Assembly (NCBI RefSeq): GCF_006345805.1
Contig: NC_043002.1
Location: 69,750,001 to 69,814,000, forward strand
Direction: 5' to 3'
Source: Octopus sinensis
Lineage: Eukaryota
Length of the DNA stretch: 64,000 nt
The notes under the pieces were generated by a model, which had not been told where the DNA came from, ran no database searches, and worked only from the letters and a program-made list of their open reading frames with translations. The translations under genes and the position numbers were made by a program. Shown here in pieces: positions 38,474 to 52,345 of the stretch (within the stretch, counting starts at the first letter, position 1; every line of letters begins with the position of its first letter).

Positions 38474-38711
38474 TATTCACAACAATTATAACGTGGAAGG
38501 CACATACAAACCATTAAAACACCCACACAAAATCTGTTGACTTCATTTACAAATTTATTATTGGGTGTCGAAATTTTTATCGCAGCAATCACGACCTGGC
38601 CACTCGTGTGTCAGTGACACGAAACTTTTAATCCCAAATAATAAGTGTTTAAGTGAAGATATCAATCCTTGTGCGTTCTTCAGTGACTAATAAGTGTCTT
38701 CCACGCTCTAA

Positions 38712-38809
38712 TTGTCTTATAACTGCTAGGTTACTGAGGCGGAAATACATCAACACAGGTTGTCAAGCGGTGGCGGAGGACAAACACGGGCACAAAGACA
38801 CACACACAC

Positions 38810-38887
<78 letters not shown>

Positions 38888-39105
38888 ACACACACACACA
38901 CAAACACACAAACACAAACACAAACACAAACACACACACACACAAATATCTATGATGGGCTTCTTTCAGTTTCCGTCTACGAAATCTACTCACAAGGCTC
39001 TGGTCGGTCCGAGGCTATAGAAGACACTTGCTCAAGGTGTCACGCAGTGGGACTGAACCTGGAACCATGTGGTTCGAAAGTAAACTTCTTACCTCACCGT
39101 TACGC
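38712..39105 (-). mobile_element. SINE group A, 3'-truncated copy
   Basis: Head and core plus a long internal (CA)n. Confidence 0.75.
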
Positions 39106-39750
39106 CTGTACCTAAATGTTTGAAAATTAGGATATATGTGGTTATCGTCACTGTCTACAATTTTGTTCCAATTGTCTTCAAATTTGGTATATCGATTAAG
39201 TTTTGTATACTAATTATGAAAATGAAATTAATCTCCCCCATAAATTCATAATTAAAAAGTTATTAGCCTTTAAATTTTGCCAAATTTGGGTATTTTAGCC
39301 AATCAGAAGCGAGTATTTTACACATCACCGTGAAATTCTGTTAGCATGATAAGCAAAGAAGCACCACGAGTTTTGTAGATAATTGCAAAAAACTCTGTTT
39401 CCATAGTAACCAAAGAAGCTGCTCATGCGCACAAGGAGTGTAGCCACCACGTGTTCTATAATTGTTTGTTTTCATAACATTAGGAATTCGATTCTAGAAC
39501 GTTCTTCACTGTTTACTGTAGCCCGTTTAATGTTTTGACATGCCGGTGGCCCCATCTTTTCTCGCTGCTGTGACAGATGATGGAAGAGGCAGCGGACGCG
39601 CTGTTTTCTGATTGGCTGAAAATTCTGAAAATTATCAAACTTTAAACACCTGTAACAGTTTCGCAAATTTTTTCTGGAATAAATGAATGACAAATTCGAA
39701 TTCAGCGTCAAAAATTACATCTATATTATACATTTTATTATTATTTATTT

Positions 39751-40041
39751 ATGCGCCCTTTTCAAGCCTAGCCAGGCTCATGGGCCCGGTTTCCCGGTTT
39801 CTGTGGTCCCAGCTGGACGGGACGCCAAACCATCGCAGCGTTACTCAAGAAACAGGAAGAGAGAGTGGGAGAAAGCTGGGGCGAAAGAGTACAACAGGGG
39901 TCGCTACAACCCCCTGCCGGAGACTCGTGGAGCTTATAAGTGTTTTCGCTCAATAAACACACACAACGCCCGGTCTGGGAATTGAAACCGCGATCCTCCG
40001 ACCGCAAGTCCGCTGCTCTAACCACTGAGCCAGTGCGCCTC
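39751..40041 (-). mobile_element. SINE group B variant
   Basis: tRNA-like head TGGCTCAGTGG...GGTTTCAATTCC; distinct middle; same 3' tail as the 25752 copy. Confidence 0.75.
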
Positions 40042-40703
40042 AACGCATATGATACATTAGAAGATAATTTTCTTAGAGATTTCGACATGCAGTGAGGAAA
40101 ACCACAAAGATCCAAGAATTATTTCAATTAAGGTTTTCATCATTTTCATTTCTATTTCCTTCGGAAGCGTTTAAGAAGAAGAGTGGAGTGGGTAAATACG
40201 TATGTATCTTTAGTTGAGGTAGATTTAGCTGCTATGAACGACTGCTACGCGATGAGTTTTTTGACAAGCTAAAGCGAATTTATTTTGATGGATACTGTAG
40301 CTAGTATATTGTGGTATGTATTAATCTGTGTTAAATATAAATACACAATTTAATTTCGATGGCGATTTTAAGACGAGAAATCCAACTGAATTACAAAAAA
40401 CAAAAACAACAAAAAAACATTGTTTTTCATATCGAACCAGAAGAATTGAAATTTAGATGTGAAGTTTAAGATATAAATTAAACACTTGAGACATATTTAA
40501 TCACAGGTCTATTTATTAATGGTATAAATTCACCTCGAATCAACGCGACAAAGAAGGTCCCTGCGGTACTGCTCAACAAGTTTCTCTCAAATCACATTCA
40601 ACCAACAGCATTGTACAGTTTGCTAAGTAGGTATTGTACAAAGAAGTATGGAGTAATCCTTCAGTTTAATGTTGAATTGATTTTATATGTAATATGACAT
40701 AAA

Positions 40704-41099
40704 GGCGGCGAGCTGGCAGAAACGTTAGCACGCTGGGCGAAATGCGTAGCCGTATTTCGTCTGCCGTTACGTTCTGAGTTCAAATTCCGCCGAGGTCGAC
40801 TTTGCCTTTCATCCTTTCGGGGTCGATAAATTAAGTACCAGTTACGCACTGGGGTCGATATAATCGACTTAATCCGTTTGTCTGTCCTTGTTTGTCTTCT
40901 CTGTGTTTAGCCCCTTGTGGGTAGTAAAGAAATAGGTATTTCGTCTGTTTTTACGTTCTGAGTTCAAATTCCGCCGATATTGACTTTGCCTTTCATCCTT
41001 TCAGGGTCGATAAACTAAGTACCAGTTGCATACTGGGGCCGATCTAATCGACTGGTCCCCTCCTCTCAAATTTCGGGCCTTGTGCCTGTAGTAGAACAG
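40704..41099 (+). mobile_element. SINE group C dimer with TSD
   Basis: Flanks ATATGTAATATGACATAAA (40685) and ATATGTAATGTGACTTAAA (41100), 17/19 identical. Confidence 0.8.
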
Positions 41100-42447
41100 A
41101 TATGTAATGTGACTTAAAAACGAACACTAATATACGATAAATGTAAGGCGAGCTGGCAGAATCGTTTGCACGCCGGGCAGCGAAATTTTTTTCCCACGAG
41201 AATTCCGGACCCCAGTTATGAACTCATTTGCATACAGCCAATAAGAGTTCAACTACCACGAAAATACTCTGATTGAGCTCAGAGGAAAATGTACGTTAAA
41301 GCAAAATGCAATTATTCTAAACGGGATAGTGGCGACAAATGTGAAATTTAGTGTATAAAGTGAATGGAGAGCTGCTCACCAATGGTGCCATAAGTGTTAC
41401 TAATTTGCGTAATTTATAAGAAAATGTAGTTTTCTAATCTTTTGACTGACTTTGCACATTCCTAATTTGAAATGTTGGAGTTGATCTGGAAACATCCTAA
41501 TCAAATATGGTGTTGAGTCGTATTGCGTCCTCCTTGAATATATCAATGGGTACCTGCAGTATCACTAATCTCAGTCTGAGCATAAGTACCTAATGTTAGC
41601 TCCATATAGAGATGGTGCTCAATTGATCCATGAGGATGGTGGTGGGGCATGTAGTGCTTATGTGAGGCCTGCTATGCTGTACTCACAAAGTAGCTTACAC
41701 AATTCTATGCCTAACCGGCTGTACTATAGTTGTACACTGTATGTGGATTTTCAAGGTGAGCTCTGATTAGCTGTATGCAAATGAGTTCATTACTGGGGTC
41801 CTGAACTCTCGTGGGTAAAAATGTTTCGCTGCTGGCAAAATGCTTGGCGGTATTCTTTCCGACTTTACTTTCTGCGTTCATATGACGCCGGGGATCGATT
41901 AGAATAAGTACCAGTTGATGACTGGGGTCGATATATAGTAATCCCTCGACTATTGCGGGTGTTACGTTCCAAAACCTCCCACAGAAATAATTAAAATCTA
42001 AAATAATATAAATACGTATCGGCCGCAGAAACCCGCAATATACTGAGAAGGCCGCGATATAAATTTACATATATTAGCCAGAAAAATCCGCGATGTACTG
42101 AGCGCGCGATAGGTGGACCACGATATGGCGAGGGATTACTGTAATGGACAAACCCCTTACACCGAAATTGTTGGCCTTGTGCCGAAATTTGAAACCAGTA
42201 TAAAATAAACGAACATACATATCTACATGCATGCATACACACACCCTCTCTCCCTTTCTCTCTCTCTTTTCTCTCTCTCTTTTCTCTCTCTCTCCCTCCC
42301 TCCCTCCCTCTCTTTCTCTGTCTTGTGTATAAACTAGGACAGATTCACTCGGATATAATGCCATTTTCTAAAGATGGCTAAGATAATACAGTTCATCCAG
42401 ATCATATGACTGATATAAACGTATGATTTGCTTTCTTTTTTTTAGGT

Positions 42448-42988
42448 TAGTGTTTCTCAACCGGTCTCAATAAGACCCTTGGGCAATGGTGGACTGACCA
42501 GGTGGCCAGCTTGCCCGATCTCAAGTGGGCACCTGCGACACGAGAATCCATATATGGGGACCCATGTCAGTTTCTAAGGGGCTCATCCCCTCAAGTTTGA
42601 GCATTCTTTATTCACTCCTGGAAGAATGCATTAATTATATCAGCCCGGCTGTGTTTGTAGACAGTTGAAAAGAATACTTTTAACGAGCAAACAAAAAAAT
42701 TTAATGATTGCATTATAGTTGCGGAAGGACCCCTTAGTCTCCAGACAATCAATATTTTTAGACCCAGTCCGTCACTGCCCTTGGGGGTCCATGCAGGATT
42801 TTGGTACAATAAGGTGCTTATAGTTCTACAATACGCAAAATGCTTTTACAATTTTTTAATACAATTCCTAATATTTAATTATGAAAACACAATAGGGATT
42901 TTTTAAAGGGTAGAATGGTCATGAGGATCCACCTTAGTAAAATAGGGATCAAAGGTATCCATAGACAAAAACTGGTTGGGAAACTCTT
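42448..42988. mobile_element. Degenerate hAT (Charlie-like) MITE
   Basis: TAGTGTTTCTCAACC at left and GGTTGGGAAACTCT at right; repeated GGGGTCC/GACCC subterminal motifs; TSD weak (5/8). Confidence 0.45.
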
Positions 42989-43565
42989 GTTTAGACCAAG
43001 TTAGTAGTGACTGAGCAGACCTTTAGCCAAAGATGTTTCATACGTGATCATTCAAATGAATTAATACTTGTGTTAAGAATCAACACATTTTTATTTCGTT
43101 TGTCTTTATGTTCAGAGTTCAAATTCCATCGAGGTCGACTTTGCCTTTCATCCTTTCGGGGTCGATAAATTAAGTACCAGTTACGTATTGGGGTAGATCT
43201 AATCGACTGGACCCCTCCTCAAAAATTTCGGGCCTTGTTCCTAGAGTAGAAAAGAATAAACATTTGTGTTCATACTTAAGATAAGTGATGTGATAGATGT
43301 TCAGCTGTTATTTTTAACATGTCGAGCCCATATTTAGAGCATCGTTTGGTTGCTTGGTGTGACTCGGAGAGATTGTTGACACAACGGGTGGCCTGTTGTT
43401 AAAGTCCAGCTTAAAGAATTGCAAGATCGAATTACACCGAGCTTGTTATATTACACGTTGCTGTTTTTTAACATTCATTCGATGTTATCAGATTAGTCAT
43501 GTTATAAATTATTCAAAACATTTCTCTGAGGTAATATGGTAAAATATCGAAGCCTTGTACCAGCT

Positions 43566-43637
43566 GGCCCTGTGGCGCAACGGTAGCGCGTCTGACTCCA
43601 GATCAGAAGGCTGCGTGTTCGAATCACGTCGGGGTCA
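43566..43637 (+). tRNA. trnW-CCA: tRNA-Trp (anticodon CCA), intronless, 72 nt
   Basis: GGCCCTGTGGCGCAACGGTAGCGCGTCTGACTCCAGATCAGAAGGCTGCGTGTTCGAATCACGTCGGGGTCA folds to a full cloverleaf: anticodon loop CT-CCA-GA, intact A/B boxes, TTTT terminator at 43645-43648. Confidence 0.97.
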
Positions 43638-44779
43638 CATAAAATTTTGACTTTTATTACATTTTTTACAACTAAAGAACGAATCTTCATTTATTACAAT
43701 TAGCTTCATTCCTTATCTAATCCTTCCTGGATTATGTGATTTTTATAACATACTAGCAGAGATAGCCGGCGTTGCCCGAGTTACATACAATTGAAGAATT
43801 AGACTTTTCTGTTATATTTTTTCTAATGAACTGGAATATCTATGTTTCGAATTTCATCAAAATTGCAGATCAGGGTTATTTCCCTCTTTACACACACCCA
43901 AAAAATTGTAATCGTGCCACATATATCCCATACTACTGATTTTTATGCGCATATTCCAAAATTCCAGTTTTACTGAACCTGTTAAAAAGATTTTGCTCCT
44001 GAAAAATGAAGGCCATGGAGCTCTAAAATGTGAGAGTTAAGACCCCTGTTGGGGGTGGGCATCTTAATGTCAACCAGAGAAGTTGAATTGTTGAAAATCT
44101 TTTTAACTTGGGTCTTATATCTATTGTTTGAATTTCTTTGAAATAGGAAATATATGTTCACTGGGTTTGTAAAAGAGAGCAAAGTTACAGGAAACCAAAA
44201 GACGAATGATCACAATAAGCAGTCAGTTACCCTACCCTAGTCGTTACCACTCCCAATGTAGGATTCCTCACCATCCAGGTGACAGGCACAGCCGTAAGAT
44301 GCATTACGAATATATAGCAATTGAAAGGGCATGACCCAACTGAAATAAACATTAACAACTGTGTGACGTGAGGGCTAAGGAGAAATGAAAGTTGGAGTTT
44401 GCAAATGACCACTATACAGATATGTAACTGGACAGAATAAATTTACAATCTATAAATGTCTTTGAATAACCAGTTACACATCTGGGAAGGCCTTGAAATC
44501 AATGTTACCATCTGGGGATTATGTATGACCGAGTGATAATAAAAAGACTGAAAGGTCTGCAATCAAATAACTTTACTCAACATTTTTCAACTGAATCAGT
44601 GGAGGCAAAGATGCCTCTCATTTACTTGACAATTTATGCGCACATATGGTTGTGAAGCATGTGTCTAGTGTACCCTTATCAGACGGGTAGTCATGATGGG
44701 TGTAATGGGCTTCGTATATTTTACCCCAGTGTCACTTTGATGGTATGCGCTGCTCTCTCACTCAATAATAATAATAATA

Positions 44780-44815
<36 letters not shown>

Positions 44816-45092
44816 CAATTGAAGGAATTAATAAATATTTTAATGCATGGCTACGCGCGTTTCCACAAATTGCATGTTTCTTACGATCATAGTCCGTATC
44901 CCTAAGACGATTACAGTGCAGTCCATAGTATTCATTGACATCGGGTGGGTTATATTCATGTTTTCATTTCCTCAGGCGATATGGCAGTAACTTTAGGAGC
45001 GGCGGACATGCAACAGAAGGTCATTTATCAATTTTGACCGATGAAACGATTGATTGGAATATGTGGTCGGTGCTGTGTTGTTGTTGTTGTTG

Positions 45093-45164
<72 letters not shown>

Positions 45165-45380
45165 TTAAGGCCGTAAGCTGGCCGAATCGTTAGCACGCCG
45201 TGTAAAATGCTTAACGGTATTTCATCCATCTTTACGTTCCGAGTTCAAATTCCGCCGAGGTCTACTTTGTCTTTCATCCTTTCGGGGTCGATTAAATAAG
45301 TACCAGTTTCACACTGGGGTCCATGTGATCGACTTAATCTCTTCCCCCATATTTAAGACCTTGTGCCTATAGTAGAAAGG

Positions 45381-45443
<63 letters not shown>

Positions 45444-46093
45444 TCCATATTTATTGTATCTATATTATTACAATATTTATCCTACACTATGTCGGTACAG
45501 CTCGGTACAGCCCCCAAAATGTCTATTGACAGTTGGTATCTTTAATAAGCTGTAACTGGCATAATAAAATACAACCTTTCATATGCATATTCAAAAACGT
45601 TTCCCGTAAACGAATTTAAAGGATATGTACATATATACGACAGGCTTCTTTCAGTTTCTGTCTACCAAATGCACTCAAGGCTTTGGTCGGGACGGGGCAA
45701 TAGTAGAAAACACTTGCCAAAAGGTATCACGCAGTGGGACTGAACCCGAAACCATATGATTGGGAAGCAAGCCTCTTACCACACAGCCACGTCTACGCCG
45801 TATTCAAAGCTTTGTGATTAATTAAACAGTGGTTAATTAATATTATGCGGCAGTCTGATGGATTAAATGTCTTACAGCATTCAGCTGTCACCCTTCTAGA
45901 TTCTGAGTGCAAGGCGTGCCGAGCTTAATTTTGCTTTCTATTTTACCACATTTAATAATATTACAAACAATCCAATGATAATGGATAACTCTTCCCAGTA
46001 AAGTTGCCGACTTCATCTTAGCCTCGTTTTTTACCACATTATCTGGACGTAGTGTCTTGTCTGCGACATCATAATTAATGATACAAATAGAAT

Positions 46094-46290
46094 AATCACC
46101 ATTTGACGCAGTTTTCTGCATGTCCAGTGTGGTAAAACTTTCGGCCCGTGATCTATGATAATATTCATTTCTACTCCAATCTACTTGACATAAAGTCAAG
46201 TAGATTGGAGTAGAAATGAATATTATCATAGATCACGGGCCGAAAGTTTTACCACACTGGACATGCAGAAAACTGCGTCAAATGGTGATT
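46094..46290. repeat. Perfect inverted repeat, 96-bp arms, 5-nt loop (ATAAA)
   Basis: 46094-46189 is the exact reverse complement of 46195-46290 (checked base by base). Confidence 0.97.
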
Positions 46291-47113
46291 TGAATAAAAA
46301 ATTATTAGTTTCAAATCTAAATTATTTCGTAGAATATATATCGTTACCCTGTGTTCAAAGTCGAAGCCCGATTAGAAATATGATTAACACCGTCCCCGAT
46401 TAGTGAAAGCATTGTAACTAAGAGTTTATTTTGTTATCTCATCAATCAAAAAGAAGCAAATGAATCCATATAGTAAAAGATGTGATATATTTCCCCTTCA
46501 CTTTATCTATACATAACAAGCCAAGCGAAAGTCTGCGTGAGATTTTTTCCATCATTATGCGTCCTAATAGATGTAAACGATACTGAATAGAATTGCAGTT
46601 GAAATGTGTCGGTTTTTCCCTCCAGCATTGTCTTCTCACGAACCATATGCATTCATTTGGGCAATATCTATCTCCTTTTACACTCTATGGACTGAATACA
46701 TTGTGTGGATGAGTTTTCTCACAAAATTCTGCATGTAGATTTTGCTAACACTTCAGTTTTTTTTTTCATTTCTTGTTTAAAAAAATATGACTGACCGCTG
46801 TATCCACTTACTTTGGCATTCATCATGAATAGGGTTTCATCTGGTCCACGAGATCTAATATTTGACCCGATGGAGATTTATCTCGAATTTTCGTCAGATC
46901 AGAGAACCAGGAGAGACCCTCTAGTTGATCAGAGTCATTTCTATGAGATATATATATAATAAATATCACACGACACAGTATCTAATAGCAATTGATACCC
47001 GCTAAAACTTATCTAAAAGGTGTTATATGAGGGTGGGCGGAAAGTTTATAGGCTGACTATGAAGGAATGGTAAACACATTTTATAGAAAAATAAAAATTC
47101 CAATAAAAACATA

Positions 47114-47185
47114 TGACCCCGACGTGATTCGAACACGCAGCCTTCTGATCTGGAGTCAGACGCGCTACCGTTGCGCCACAGGGCC
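47114..47185 (-). tRNA. trnW-CCA: tRNA-Trp (CCA)
   Basis: Exact reverse complement of the 43566 copy; T5 run 4 nt downstream. Confidence 0.97.
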
Positions 47186-47915
47186 AATTGTTGTTCTATG
47201 AGCACTATTTTTCATTATCATCTCTACTGAAATCTCAACCACTATGTTTGACTTTAATTATGCTATAGCTGATTTATAGCTCCATTGTTAATCTGTCCAC
47301 ATTGAATCAATGTTTATTGGAACAGTTGCAACCTTTAAGCAATTCAAACGCGCTGTGCTTTAAGCTGAAGTTTAAAAGAACTATTGTTGTTTAAGTGGAC
47401 ATTCTAAGGAAAATCATACGACCCAAGGAGGGGAAAACTGATACGTTAGAAACGGAAACCACCCACGAATCAATTTCGGTGTATCTATATTTGCATTTTA
47501 CTTCAGAACACATGTATCTGTTGAAATCCCCCTTTTTATTACAATTCAGTAAAATTGTTCTTACCAGACAGGGAATAAAATTTCCAGTCACTATTCAGAG
47601 GCGCATAGCTTAGTGGTTAGGGTGTTCGACTCATGATCGTAAGAATGTGGTTTTGATTCCTGGACCGAGTGACGAGTTGTGTCTTTGAGCAAAACACTTC
47701 ATTTCACTTTGCCCCAGTTCGCTCAGCTGGTAAAACTTAGTAGACCTGCAACGGACAGGCGTCCCGTCCAGGAGGTAATACATGCGCCAGAGAAATCGGG
47801 AAGCTGATCCTATGCACCTTATGGAGTAATGTGTACTGACCATTTGGATTTCAGATAAAACTCGATCAAACACGTTGGTGTTGCCTTGGCGGACGTTTGC
47901 GCTCTATGAGTGCTC

Positions 47916-47948
<33 letters not shown>

Positions 47949-48340
47949 TATTATTATTGTTATTATTATTATACGTCAAATTATGTCAACGTTGTCTTGG
48001 CCTTTCATTCTTTCAGTGTCGATGAAATAAATACGAGCAATGGGGTCAGTGCAATCAACTTTCGCCCTTCCCCAAAATTCCAGGCCTTGAGCCTTGAGTA
48101 GAAAGGATTATTTTTACATTCTGAGTGCAAATTCTGCCGAGATCGTCTTTGCATTTCATCCCTTCGGATCGATAAAATAAATACTTGTCAAGAACTGGGG
48201 TCGATATAATCGACTAACCGCCACCAACAAAAATAAACTTCAGGCCTTGTGTCTACAATTGAAAGGATTGTTATTATTATTATTATTATTATTATTACGT
48301 GGTGCATATAATAAACATTACAAATTAAAAATAAAATGCC

Positions 48341-48412
48341 TGACCCCGACGTGATTTGAATACGCAGACTTCTGAGCTGGAGTCAGACGTGCTACCGTTG
48401 TGCCACAGGGCC
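48341..48412 (-). pseudogene. Degenerate tRNA-Trp(CCA), probable pseudogene
   Basis: 6 substitutions versus the other copies: two D-stem pairs broken (C:A and A:C), B-box G53>A, anticodon-loop A38>C. Anticodon is still CCA. Confidence 0.8.
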
Positions 48413-48829
48413 AACTGATCTCTCCGTGTCACATTCTACTATATTATCTCTAGGGAAATCATAGTACCATGTCAGAGATGATTTATAGCTCAATGACTAA
48501 TCTGACCACATTGATTCGGTGTTTATAAGATCAGCTTGCAATCTGCAATGAACTCCAGCTCGCACTGTTTTAAGCTGAAATTTGATAATCTGCCGTTGAT
48601 TACGTCAGCATTTCTTACTAAAATCATACTACCCATCGAGAGGAAACTTAATTAGTTAGAAATTACAGCCAAATCTCTGTCACAAAATAACCAAGAATTA
48701 ATCTCGGTACGTTTATGCTAGTATTTCACTCAGAAGACATTTCTCACTTTTCAAGTGCAATTTAGTAAAATTATTCATACCAGACAGAGCAGGACGAAAC
48801 TTCACCATTTAAATAAGAATCTGGTCGGT

Positions 48830-49340
48830 CAAACCTAGCTTTTTTTTCTCTATTACTAACTTTATCGTCTTCTAAGTAACTTGCTTTCCTTTCGTACATA
48901 GTTAAGGCATATGTTGAAAAGACACCGTGCGAGGATATCGCCTTGTAGCACTCTGGCAGTAATCTGAAAGACATCAGTGTCACCGTCTGTGGAACTAAAG
49001 TTTAGCTTTAGTGTTCTGATATGACAGCATTATGACACCCACAGTTTCTTCAAGAATATTATAAGCTAGCAATAAATCTCTTATATTTCTTCAAAGGATC
49101 AAATTGAAGGCTTTTGTGAAATCTATGAAACGTCGAACAGCTGGTATATTCTTTTCCTTCACACCTTCAATGATTTGTCTAAAAGTAAGCATTTGTCCTA
49201 TTGTTAATCTATTTGCACGAAAGATGTTCTGATTCTTGCAAAGAATTTTCTCATCCTTGGATCTGTTTCGTTTTAGAAGCATCAAGCTGTAGATTTTAAC
49301 AGCAATTTCAATTAATGTATTTCCAGATAGCTCTTTGAAT
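48830..49340 (-). mobile_element. RTE LINE RT fragment
   Basis: IAVKIYSLMLL.R...KNQNIFR...IGQMLTFRQIIEGVKEKN...FIDFTKAFN and DGDTDVFQITARVLQGDILA. Confidence 0.8.
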
Positions 49341-49958
49341 AATCTAAGCCTCCTTTCTAGGGCAGGTATCATACAACCTTCTTTCCAAGTACCTACGTCC
49401 CGAGGTTTCACTCTTTTACAAAAAAGGCTTAATAGATAACCTGTTGTTAGAAAATTGCAGTTGCAGATTTTCTCGACTCAGTGATCATATGATTCTTTCA
49501 CATGCTCAAGAGAAAAAGTTCTTATAACCAAGATGAAGCTGAAACTTCGTACTCTCTGAATGGGAAAGAAATAAGAAAAAAATCGCAGACAACTAGGAAT
49601 ATCTTGAAAGTCACATCTAGAAACCCAGTAGTGATATAGAAATCAGGATTTACATATCCATGAGGTGCAGTTAACTGGTTGGATAAAATATCTTCTGCCG
49701 AAACCTAAAATAGACTTCTTCAGAACTGTAATTGAACCATAAAGTTGAATCTATGGTTGGATAGCATGAACAATTATTGATTCCATGAAGAAAAATCTAA
49801 ACGGCACGTTCGCCAGAATGCATCCAAGTGAAAGCAGAGAATTATCGTCGGCGAATACCTGCAGGTTTTCATAGAATTCGCATTCGATAGATAATGAACT
49901 TAATTGTAATTACAGTAAACACATTTTATAGAAAAATAAAAATTCCAATAAAAACTTA

Positions 49959-50030
49959 TGACCCCGACGTGATTCGAACACGCAGCCTTCTGATCTGGAG
50001 TCAGACGCGCTACCGTTGCGCCACAGGGCC
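49959..50030 (-). tRNA. trnW-CCA: tRNA-Trp (CCA)
   Basis: Identical to the 43566 copy; T5 terminator just downstream. Confidence 0.97.
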
Positions 50031-50510
50031 AATTCCTGCTCGGTAGCTACGTTTTAATGTATTATTCATATTGACATCTGAGATCTATGACTTCCGTAAT
50101 GTCATAACTGGCGCTGTGATTTATCTGAAAACATTGATTCAGTGCTTATACAAACAGCCTACAACCTTCAACTCCAGTTCGTAGTTCTTGAAGTTGTTTG
50201 ACAAGTTACCGCTCGTCCCGTCAACATACTTGCCAAAATCCTAGTATCCAGTGAGAAGGAACTCGAAACGTTAGAAATAATAGTCAAGAATTGATATCAG
50301 TGCCTTTATCGTCGCTTTTGCTTCAGAACACATTTTCTATCTAATGAAAACCTTTTAAATCTAATTGAGCAAGATTATTTCATACCAGATAGAAAAAGAA
50401 TTCAATATAAATTTTAGCCTTATATCACCTAAGGGAAGTTATAAGTTATTCAAATTTTTAAAGCAATTATCAGTTTTATACACTTTTTCTCTCTGTCACA
50501 CACACACACA

Positions 50511-50592
<82 letters not shown>

Positions 50593-51220
50593 GATATGTG
50601 TGTGCATATATACGTGGTCTGATCAATATATATCCGGACTGTTGCCATAGTAACGAAGCTAAAACACGCAGAGTGAAGCCTGAGTAGGATCGCGACACCA
50701 TTACCCCCACCCCACTCGGTTGGCATGGAGTTCAGGAGTGGGGAAAAGTCCCGCAACCTATTCAGTCTGGTCTCTGTGGTCACTATCACATCCAGTCTGT
50801 GTGGCCTGAGGTCATTAAGAAAGCGACCTTGCTTACAATCCGATCCGAGGCCACAAAAATTTAAATATCCTACTGTTTCTCTTCACCCCGAGCGGATAAA
50901 TCTGTGAGCGAAACCATGAAATGTGGTTTACCTTTCGAAGAAGGAATTATAATCCCTTCTCTCAATCTTCCCTCGTACATGGACTTGCAAATGTCCATTC
51001 TTGGAGGGTCTATGTCCTTCGAGTGGTAGCTATGCTATAAATCCGCAACTTAGCAGTTCAGCAAAAGAAACCGATAGAATAAGTATCGAGCTTTAAATAA
51101 AAAGCACTGGGGTTGATTCGTTCGACTAAAACCCCTTTAAGGCAATTCCCCACCATGGCTGCAGTCCAAGTGACAGAGGAAAGATGAAAGATTCTTCATA
51201 CTGGTCATCTGATTGGTATA

Positions 51221-52345
51221 AACTTAGATAAACTTAGATATGTTTCGACCAAAGATTGGTCCAGGCCATGTCTAACTTAATAGCACCACCTGATAGGATT
51301 ATTCGAATCCTGTTTAAGTCAAGTTTTGTTCAAGTAGTGAGTTCTTGTTGGGTGAGTTGTATCCAATTATGGGTGGCTTATCTGGTATTCTTTGAAGGAA
51401 TCTATCCAGACTCTGTTTAAAGTTGATGGGATCCTTTTCCTCTTTGATCTCCCTCGGGACAATGTTAAATAGGGCAGGGCCTGTTGAGGAAAAGAAATTA
51501 TGTTGCAGTGTACATGCATGTTGTGATCTTGAATTGGGCAGGGGACGTATAGCCCGTGGTCCAAGTCTTGGATGAACCTTGAAGCTAATGTTTAGGTCGT
51601 TTGGGCAAAGTTGGCGGTATATTTTCCACATCGTACAAATGATGTACCGCTCACGGCGACGCTGAAGGGAGTAAAGTTTCAAGGCTTTAAGGCAATCCCA
51701 ATAATCGAGAGCAGCCATGCCTTCAATTTGTTTAGTGAGTGCCCTCTGGGGTGACTCAATTCTGGAGATGTTTTGTCTTGTGTGAGGAGACCACAGTGGG
51801 CAGCAGTATTCAAGGTGTGGCCGTACAAAGGAGGAAAAAAGTGGTATGATGACACCGTGTTCTCTGGACCGGAAAGTTCTTAAGATCCAGGAACTCATCC
51901 TACGAGCTATATCGACCTTCTTGTTGATGTGTGCACTCCAACTGAGATCGTCATCAACAATTACACCCAGGTCTCTGATAGTTAGAGGCTGTGAGCGGTT
52001 CCCCTGAAGGAAGAGAGTACGGTTGTTTTAGTGAGGAATTTCTTCCAAAATGCATCAGCTCAAATTTTCCCTCATTCAGTTGCATTTTGTTTCTGTCTGC
52101 CCATTGACTCACAGCATATAGATCAGACTGGAGTTGAGTTCGGTCTGCTTCTTCATTGACGATTTGCTGGAGCTTAGTGTCATCAGTAAATATTTTCACT
52201 TTGCAGTAATGTACGACACTGGAAAGGTCGTTTACGTAAATTATGAAGAGTAGCGGACCCAAAACAGTTCCCTGGAGAACACCGCTGGTGACTTTTGCTG
52301 GGTTTGAGTGGACTCCATCAACTACAACATGTTGTGTTCTATACA
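51221..52345 (-). mobile_element. 5'-truncated CR1/L2-group LINE, second family
   Basis: VTSGVLQGTVLGPLLFIIYVND...IFTDDTK; FVRPHLEYCCPLWSP...LQRRRERY; frameshift near 51970; 3' hairpin and (TATCTAAGTT)2 terminal repeat. Confidence 0.9.

Noticed and set aside
45888-46640. Protein-like minus-strand readings around the 96-bp foldback (e.g. REKTMLEGKTDTFQLQFYSVSF...)
   Set aside because: Interrupted by stops and not matched to any family I recognise; tBLASTx or HMMER would be needed.
47025-47062. Isolated mariner-TIR-like sequences (also ~50612-50645)
   Set aside because: Single ends without a partner TIR or transposase in the window.
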